Positions 58,645 through 64,000 of a stretch of 64,000 bases of DNA are shown piece by piece. Within the stretch, counting starts at the first letter, position 1; the number at the start of each line of letters is the position of its first letter. Made by a program: the position numbers and the translations under genes. The stretch covers positions 3,168,001 to 3,232,000 of the forward strand of contig OZ245838.1 of NCBI GenBank assembly GCA_965228735.1. Reading direction: 5' to 3'. Below the pieces are notes generated by a model. That model ran no database searches. It saw only the letters and a program-made list of their open reading frames with translations, and was not told the origin of the DNA. This DNA is from Planctomycetota bacterium. Its GTDB lineage: Bacteria; Planctomycetota; UBA1135; UBA2386.

Positions 58645-59235
58645 TCAGCCGCCGCCGCGCTTGAGCTCGACCACCTTGTCGGCCAGGCGCGGCAGCGCGC
58701 GGTGATAGCGCTTACGGGCGGCCTCGCCGGAGATGCCGAGCCGCTCGCCGACGGCTTCGAACTCGAGCTCGTCCCAGTCCCGCAGCCGGATCACGTCGCG
58801 GTCCTCGGGCGCGAGCAGCTCGATCGCGAGGACCACCCACTCGCGTCGCTCGGCCGCCGCCGCGTGCTGACTCGGACTCGAGATCGAACGCAGCGGCGGG
58901 TCGAGCTCGAGCACCGAATCGGTCGCGGTGCCCGCCTCACGACGGCGGTCGCGCTTGCCGCGGTGCAGGTGCCGGTAACGGTCGCGGATGTTGTTCTCGA
59001 CGATGCAGAGCAGCAGCCGGCAGAAGCGACTGCGGTCCGTCGTCGCGAAGCTCGGGCCGTGCACCAGCACTTCGAGCAGCGCCTCCTGCACGATGTCCTG
59101 CGTGTCACCGTCCGCGCGCACGACGGATCCCAGGCGACCGCGCACCTTCTGCTCGATCGACGGCAGCAGCTCCCGTACGAGCTCACCCAGCACCTGCGCG
59201 TCGTGCTCGACGCCGGCGCGATAGCGCTCCGTCAT
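58645..59235 (-). CDS. ECF RNA polymerase sigma factor (kinase-associated)
   Basis: DTQDIVQEA, IVENNIRD, SSPSQ, LAPEDRDVIRLRDWDELEFEAVGERLG; 4-nt ATGA overlap with the kinase gene. Confidence 0.9.
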   Translation of the reverse strand: MTERYRAGVEHDAQVLGELVRELLPSIEQKVRGRLGSVVRADGDTQDIVQEALLEVLVHGPSFATTDRSRFCRLLLCIVENNIRDRYRHLHRGKRDRRREAGTATDSVLELDPPLRSISSPSQHAAAAERREWVVLAIELLAPEDRDVIRLRDWDELEFEAVGERLGISGEAARKRYHRALPRLADKVVELKRGGG

Positions 59236-62060
59236 CGCGCGACCTCACGCACGAGTTGCTGGAAGTCGGCGCGTTCGCGCAACGAGTCGAACTTCGGACT
59301 GCGAAGCAGGTGGATGACGCCGGTCGCGGACCCGCGGGTCAGACCCTGCAGCCAGAGGACGCAATTGCGGCGCAACTCCTCGACCCGTTCTGCCGACAGC
59401 GATTCGGTCTCCAAAGCGATCCGGGCCACGACCTCCGCGCAGACGCGGACGGACGTCACGTAACCCGGCCCGAACTCGATCGAGCGCTCGGCCGCGGCGA
59501 TCGCGCGCTCGGGATGCCCGAGCGCGGCCTCCGCCGCGGCGAGCTGCGAGTGATGGATCGCGAGGAACTGCCGAATGCGGGGATCGCCGGGCCGCCGGGC
59601 GTACGCCGCGCTCTGCAGCTCGATCGCCCGCGACGCGTGCGCGCGCGCTGCGTCGGGCTCCCCGAACGTGTTGTGCCAGCTCGCGAAGTTGCTGTGCGTG
59701 CCGCCGAGTTCCGTCAGGTGCGTCACGACGTCGGGCTCCGCCTCGTGCAGCGCCGTCTGCAGCGCGAGCGCGCGCTCGTACATCGGCCGCGCCAGAGCCG
59801 GGGCCATCGGCCGCCGCAGGAGATGGCAGTTCGCCAACTGCGCACAGGTCACGGCGAGCGCCATCGCATCGCGCGGCGCCGGTTCGTCGCTGCGGGCAAA
59901 CAGGTCTTCCCACAGAGCCCGCGCCCGCTCGAGCTCCGCGATCGCCTCGGGGTATCGTCGTTCGATCAGGTGCAGGCTGCCGATCCGAAAGAGGACCGCG
60001 GCCCGGGTACGCTGGTGGTTGGCGTCGCTCGGGAACTGCGCCGTCGCCGTCTCGATCGCGGCGCGGGCCCGATCGAACGCCGCGCGCGCCCCGGGGCGAT
60101 CGCCCTGCTTGACGGCCGCGATGCCGATGCCGAGCTGCTGCTGCGCGAGGAGATTCGGCTGCGCGGCGAGATCCGGCTGCGACCGTTCGAGTTGGCCGGC
60201 CGCGAGTCGCGCGCCGACTGCCTCGAACTCGTCCTGCGCTGCGGCCCATTGCCGGCGTTGCAGGTGCAACTTGCCCGTGACCACGTGCAGCTGACACCAG
60301 GCGAGCGCGACCGCCGGCAATGATTCGGACGTGACGCCTTCGAGCTCGCTGCGCGCGACGGCCAGTCGCTCGGTCGCGCGGTCGAGTCCCCCGAACGTGT
60401 CGAGCGCGAGGCGGGCTTCCAGAATCGCGAGCCGCGCGATCGCGAGCCGCGCGGCCTCCCCCCACCTGGCATCGGTGCGCAGCTCGCGCCAGATCGTGGC
60501 TGCGGCGCGGGCGTCCGCGAGAGCCCGCCGGTCGTACACCGAATCGTGAACGCGAGCTCGCGCGCTCAGCGTGCGCGCCGTCAGCGCGCGGGTCGCGGCC
60601 GCGGTGGCGTCGTTCTGCTCCAGCTCCGCGAGCGCGTCGAGGGCGGTCTGCAGCGGCGTGAGGGCGCGCTGCGGATCACCGAGTCGCGGATAGATCGCGG
60701 CGGCGTCGAGGATCGCCGTGACGAGCAGTCGGCGATGCGATGGTTCCAGGTGCGGGTCGGCGAGCCGCTCCTCACACAGCTGGACCGCCGCCTCGATCTG
60801 CTCGCCGTAACCCGGCTCGAGTTCGAGTTGCCGCGCCAGCCGTTCTTCGAGGACGTCGACCAACTGCGCGATCGCGTCGGCCGCCGTCGTCGCGGCAGCG
60901 CGCGTTCGTTCGCGCTGACCGGCGAGCTCTCGTTCGTGCCGTTGCTCGGCGATGCCCTGGATCACCGGAACGGCAATGGCGAGCCCGATCACGAGAGCCG
61001 CGACCAGCAGGAACATCGGGCGGCGGCGCACCCGCCGGCGCCAGGTATCGAGGTCCTGGGCGAGAGCCGCGGCGGACCGGTAGCGCTCCGAGGGGTCCTT
61101 TTCGAGACAGGTCGCGCAGATGCGCAGGAGCTCGCGCGGCACCTCGCCCCGCAGCTCAGCGACGGGCGCGGGGTCCTGCGCGACGATCTGTCCGAGCACG
61201 GCCGTCGTCGACGGGCCGTCGAACGGTCGCCGCCCGCTGAGCAGCTCGAAGAGCACGACGCCACACGAGAAGACGTCACTGGCCGGCGCCGCCGCGTCAC
61301 CGCGCGCCTGCTCGGGGCTCATGTAGTGGGGCGTGCCGACGAGACCGCGCCGTTCATGGCGCCGCGCCGCGCCGTCGGGCGCGCTCGCGAGCCCGAAGTC
61401 GAGCAGCCGCACGTCGCCATCGTCGGTGAGCAGGAGGTTGTGGGGCTTGACGTCGCGATGCACGACGCCCTCGCCGTGCGCGTAGTGCAAGGCTGCGGCG
61501 GCCGCCGCCACCGTGCGCGCGGCGAACTCGCAGCGCTCCCGTCGACCCGCGACCGGCAGGCCGTTCCGCAACAGCTCGTTCAACGGCGTGCCGTCGACGT
61601 GCTCCATCACGAAGTAGTGCACGCCGCGGCTCTCGGCGACCTCGAAGATGGGCACGATCCCCGGGTGACGCAGGTTCGCGGCTGCCGCGGCTTCGCGCCG
61701 AAAGCGTTCGATCTCGGCCGGCGTCCGGGTCAGCTCCGGGTGCAGCACCTTGATCGTGACGCGGCGATGCAACGAGGCCTGCGCGGCTTCGAATACGCGC
61801 CCCATGCCGCCTTCACCGAGCAGACGCAACAGCTCGTAATCCCCGAGGCGTTCGCCGGCCTCGATGCGCGCGTGCGCGGCCTGACTCTCGCCGACCGTCG
61901 TATCGCCCACCGGGTGCACCATCGGCTCGAGCAGCGGCCGCAGTTCGGCGTGGCGGGCGAGGAAGTCCTGCGGGGACAGGCCGGCGGGGTCCTCGCGCCA
62001 GGAGACGAACAGATCGACGGCGCGCTGCAGCTGCTCCAGCCGGCTCTCGGAGTTCGTCAT
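59232..62060 (-). CDS. Hanks-type Ser/Thr protein kinase with TM helix and TPR-like C-terminus
   Basis: LGEGGMGRV, VTIK, HRDVKPHN, DFG, GTPHYMSPE. Start trimmed to MTNSES. Confidence 0.95.
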   Translation of the reverse strand: MTNSESRLEQLQRAVDLFVSWREDPAGLSPQDFLARHAELRPLLEPMVHPVGDTTVGESQAAHARIEAGERLGDYELLRLLGEGGMGRVFEAAQASLHRRVTIKVLHPELTRTPAEIERFRREAAAAANLRHPGIVPIFEVAESRGVHYFVMEHVDGTPLNELLRNGLPVAGRRERCEFAARTVAAAAAALHYAHGEGVVHRDVKPHNLLLTDDGDVRLLDFGLASAPDGAARRHERRGLVGTPHYMSPEQARGDAAAPASDVFSCGVVLFELLSGRRPFDGPSTTAVLGQIVAQDPAPVAELRGEVPRELLRICATCLEKDPSERYRSAAALAQDLDTWRRRVRRRPMFLLVAALVIGLAIAVPVIQGIAEQRHERELAGQRERTRAAATTAADAIAQLVDVLEERLARQLELEPGYGEQIEAAVQLCEERLADPHLEPSHRRLLVTAILDAAAIYPRLGDPQRALTPLQTALDALAELEQNDATAAATRALTARTLSARARVHDSVYDRRALADARAAATIWRELRTDARWGEAARLAIARLAILEARLALDTFGGLDRATERLAVARSELEGVTSESLPAVALAWCQLHVVTGKLHLQRRQWAAAQDEFEAVGARLAAGQLERSQPDLAAQPNLLAQQQLGIGIAAVKQGDRPGARAAFDRARAAIETATAQFPSDANHQRTRAAVLFRIGSLHLIERRYPEAIAELERARALWEDLFARSDEPAPRDAMALAVTCAQLANCHLLRRPMAPALARPMYERALALQTALHEAEPDVVTHLTELGGTHSNFASWHNTFGEPDAARAHASRAIELQSAAYARRPGDPRIRQFLAIHHSQLAAAEAALGHPERAIAAAERSIEFGPGYVTSVRVCAEVVARIALETESLSAERVEELRRNCVLWLQGLTRGSATGVIHLLRSPKFDSLRERADFQQLVREVAR

Positions 62061-62485
62061 CGCGGGGCAGTAGACGCCCCGGGTAGCCCCGTTGTTCGCC
62101 GATTCCACGCCATTCGAGAAATCACCGCCAAGGTGTCCGCTGGCCCGTCTCCCGGTCGCCGACTTCGCGGCCTGACGTTGTGAACTCGGCCGGACGAGGT
62201 CGCGAGTCATGCCGCCGGGGTCGCGGAGTTCGGAGGCCGCCGGGCGCGATGACTCGCCCCCGACGTGCGACGGCACCAAGGCATCGCGCCATGCCCGGGC
62301 ATTGACGGCAAACCGATAGTGACGCGCCTCATCGCCCGGCCCGAAATCACCCGGGACGCGACACCCGGGCTGGCAAGATCGCAGCAACGTGCGACGATAC
62401 GCGTCCTCCTCGTCGACCCGCTGCGGCCATCGTTGCCGGTCGGCGAACGTTCAGCCCCATGCCGGCCAACGTTGGCCACCATCCC

Positions 62486-63616
62486 ATGAAAGCAACCATT
62501 GCAGCGTCTCTTCTCGCTCTCTCGACTGCGGTAACCGCACAGTGCGTTCCAGTTCCGCAAGGCACCCTGGACCCCGCCGCGCCGTTCGACAACTGGTCGG
62601 CAGCGACGCCGATCGGCTTCGCGTTCCCGTTCCTGGGCACGCCCTTCACCGACTTCTACTACTCGGACCACGGTCTGATCGCGCTGACCAACGGCGGCAC
62701 GCCGGCGGCGCCTCCGGGCAACGCGCAGGTCTGGGACCCGGGTTCGGTCGGGCCGTTCAACTTCCAGGGCATGGGCTTCGCCGGCTTCGGCGCGAACGTC
62801 ATCATGCCGTACTGGGGTGACCACACGACCGGCGCCGACGGCATCTACATCGACAACACGAGCGGCACGCACTGCACGATCACCTGGTCGGAGAACGAGC
62901 CGTACAACGCCTTCTCGGCCGGCGCGTTCACGGTGCAGCTGACGCTGTACCCGGATGGCCGCTTCACGATCATCCAGGACAGCCGCTGCAACAACACGAG
63001 CTCGAGCTACGGCCCGGTCACGTCGGTCGTCGGCGTCTACGAGGACGGCAGCACGATCCCCGGCTCCTCCGACTTCAGCGCGGGCACGGTCGCCTCGACC
63101 GGCGGCACGTGCTTCGAAGAGTTCGTCGGGCCCGGCCCGGTGAACTCCAACACCCCGGATCCGAGCTACGACCTCGGCAACACGATCACCGAGTTCATCC
63201 CGGCGCCGCCAGGCTGGGTCGTCACCAACGGCACGCTGCCGTGCGCGTCGACCACGACGAGCGGCACGGCCTGCGGCGGTCTCGCGCACGCCGCCGTCAA
63301 CGAGCCTCAGCTCGGCGGGTCGTACGAAATGGAGACGACGAACGTGCCGGCCGGCTCCGCGATCGGCGCGACGCTGATCGGATTCGGCAACCCGATGCTG
63401 CCGCTCGGCGGCCTCGGCTTCCCGGGCTGCACACAGTACGCGGACAACACGGCCGTGATCCTCGAGATCAGCCCGGCCTCGTCGTTCATCGCGAGCATGA
63501 CGATTCCGTTCGACGCGACGTTCAACGGTCTCGTGATCTTCTCGCAGGGCATGGCCCTCACGCCGCCGGCATCGCTCGCCGCGGCGAACGGCGCGGCCGG
63601 CACGATCGGTCACTGA
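62486..63616 (+). CDS. Secreted NIDO-like domain protein with canonical shared C-terminal domain
   Basis: MKATIAASLLALSTAVTA-Q; IGFAFPFLG...IMPYWGD...QLTLYPDG; C-terminus SGTACGG...PQLG...FPGC...IPFDATFNG...SQG...ANG. Confidence 0.8.
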   Translation: MKATIAASLLALSTAVTAQCVPVPQGTLDPAAPFDNWSAATPIGFAFPFLGTPFTDFYYSDHGLIALTNGGTPAAPPGNAQVWDPGSVGPFNFQGMGFAGFGANVIMPYWGDHTTGADGIYIDNTSGTHCTITWSENEPYNAFSAGAFTVQLTLYPDGRFTIIQDSRCNNTSSSYGPVTSVVGVYEDGSTIPGSSDFSAGTVASTGGTCFEEFVGPGPVNSNTPDPSYDLGNTITEFIPAPPGWVVTNGTLPCASTTTSGTACGGLAHAAVNEPQLGGSYEMETTNVPAGSAIGATLIGFGNPMLPLGGLGFPGCTQYADNTAVILEISPASSFIASMTIPFDATFNGLVIFSQGMALTPPASLAAANGAAGTIGH

Positions 63617-63628
63617 TCGACGCCACGG

Positions 63629-63650
63629 GCGGGCTGCTGCGGCAGCCCGC
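63629..63650 (+). terminator. GC hairpin after the last CDS
   Basis: GCGGGCTGC-TGCG-GCAGCCCGC; no U-tract. Confidence 0.4.
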
Positions 63651-64000
63651 GCCGGCCTCGCACAGCGCGGACCGCTGCGTTTCGGTAACGCCTTTTCCGT
63701 TACCCGGTTCGGGCGCCGCGGGCGGCCCCACCCGCGGGCCCGGCAGCCGGTCCCGGGACCCGTCCCGCGACCCCGCCGCGGCGCGACGAGGTTTTTCCTC
63801 AACACCGCGTGCGCTCGAGGCGTTGTCGATCCTGAACAAGATGGCCGCGGGCTCGCCGTTCGGCGCGCGCCACGGCCGACGGTTGCAGCTCCGTCGTGGC
63901 GATACTCGTTTTCGACGCAGGGACTGTCGCACGTGATCTGGTGATCACGGTCGCCTTGGAGTTGCGCACGCTTTTCCACTTCCAAGGGCGGTGGCGCGGA

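Noticed and set aside
104..63985. Many long overlapping or antisense ORFs in the track (e.g. 4351-6423, 10581-12647, 15079-17187, 21029-23308, 23791-26586, 42432-45377, 47626-49914, 62207-63985)
   Set aside because: Arg/Ala/Pro-rich shadow frames of real genes, expected at high GC where stop codons are rare; no motifs.
63651..64000. Non-coding tail with hairpins (e.g. GGTAACG-N7-CGTTACC at 63684-63704); possible ncRNA or start of a tRNA
   Set aside because: No recognisable RNA family motif, and truncated by the window edge.

Overview
High-GC bacterial chromosomal window with about 41 real CDSs. I found no rRNA, tRNA, CRISPR array, integrase or transposase. The gene content (ECF sigma factor fused to carboxypeptidase-regulatory-like repeats, ECF/Ser-Thr kinase pairs, PQQ-like and BNR propellers, many orphan secreted proteins) suggests Planctomycetota, possibly an OM190-like lineage; this is inference. 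Main hunt results: (1) About 11 otherwise unrelated secreted proteins end in what looks like one shared ~100-130 aa C-terminal beta domain, including a stand-alone copy and an apparently circularly permuted copy; this is a candidate undescribed sorting or surface-attachment system. (2) 17 Sec substrates have Gln at the predicted +1 position, resembling the pyroglutamate 'Q-rule'. (3) A tandem pair of 133-aa secreted paralogues with 12 conserved Cys sits just upstream of a PGM1-type ATP-grasp ligase / divergent GGT / SDR operon. (4) A REP-like double hairpin occurs twice with compensatory changes. (5) A mirror-symmetric GTCAC-N12-CCTCACCTCCTC motif lies between two divergent envelope genes. (6) Only the two kinase-linked ECF sigma factors carry Thr substitutions in the acidic region-2.2 motif. 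All family calls are by eye from motifs, with no database searches. Many start codons were trimmed relative to the ORF track.
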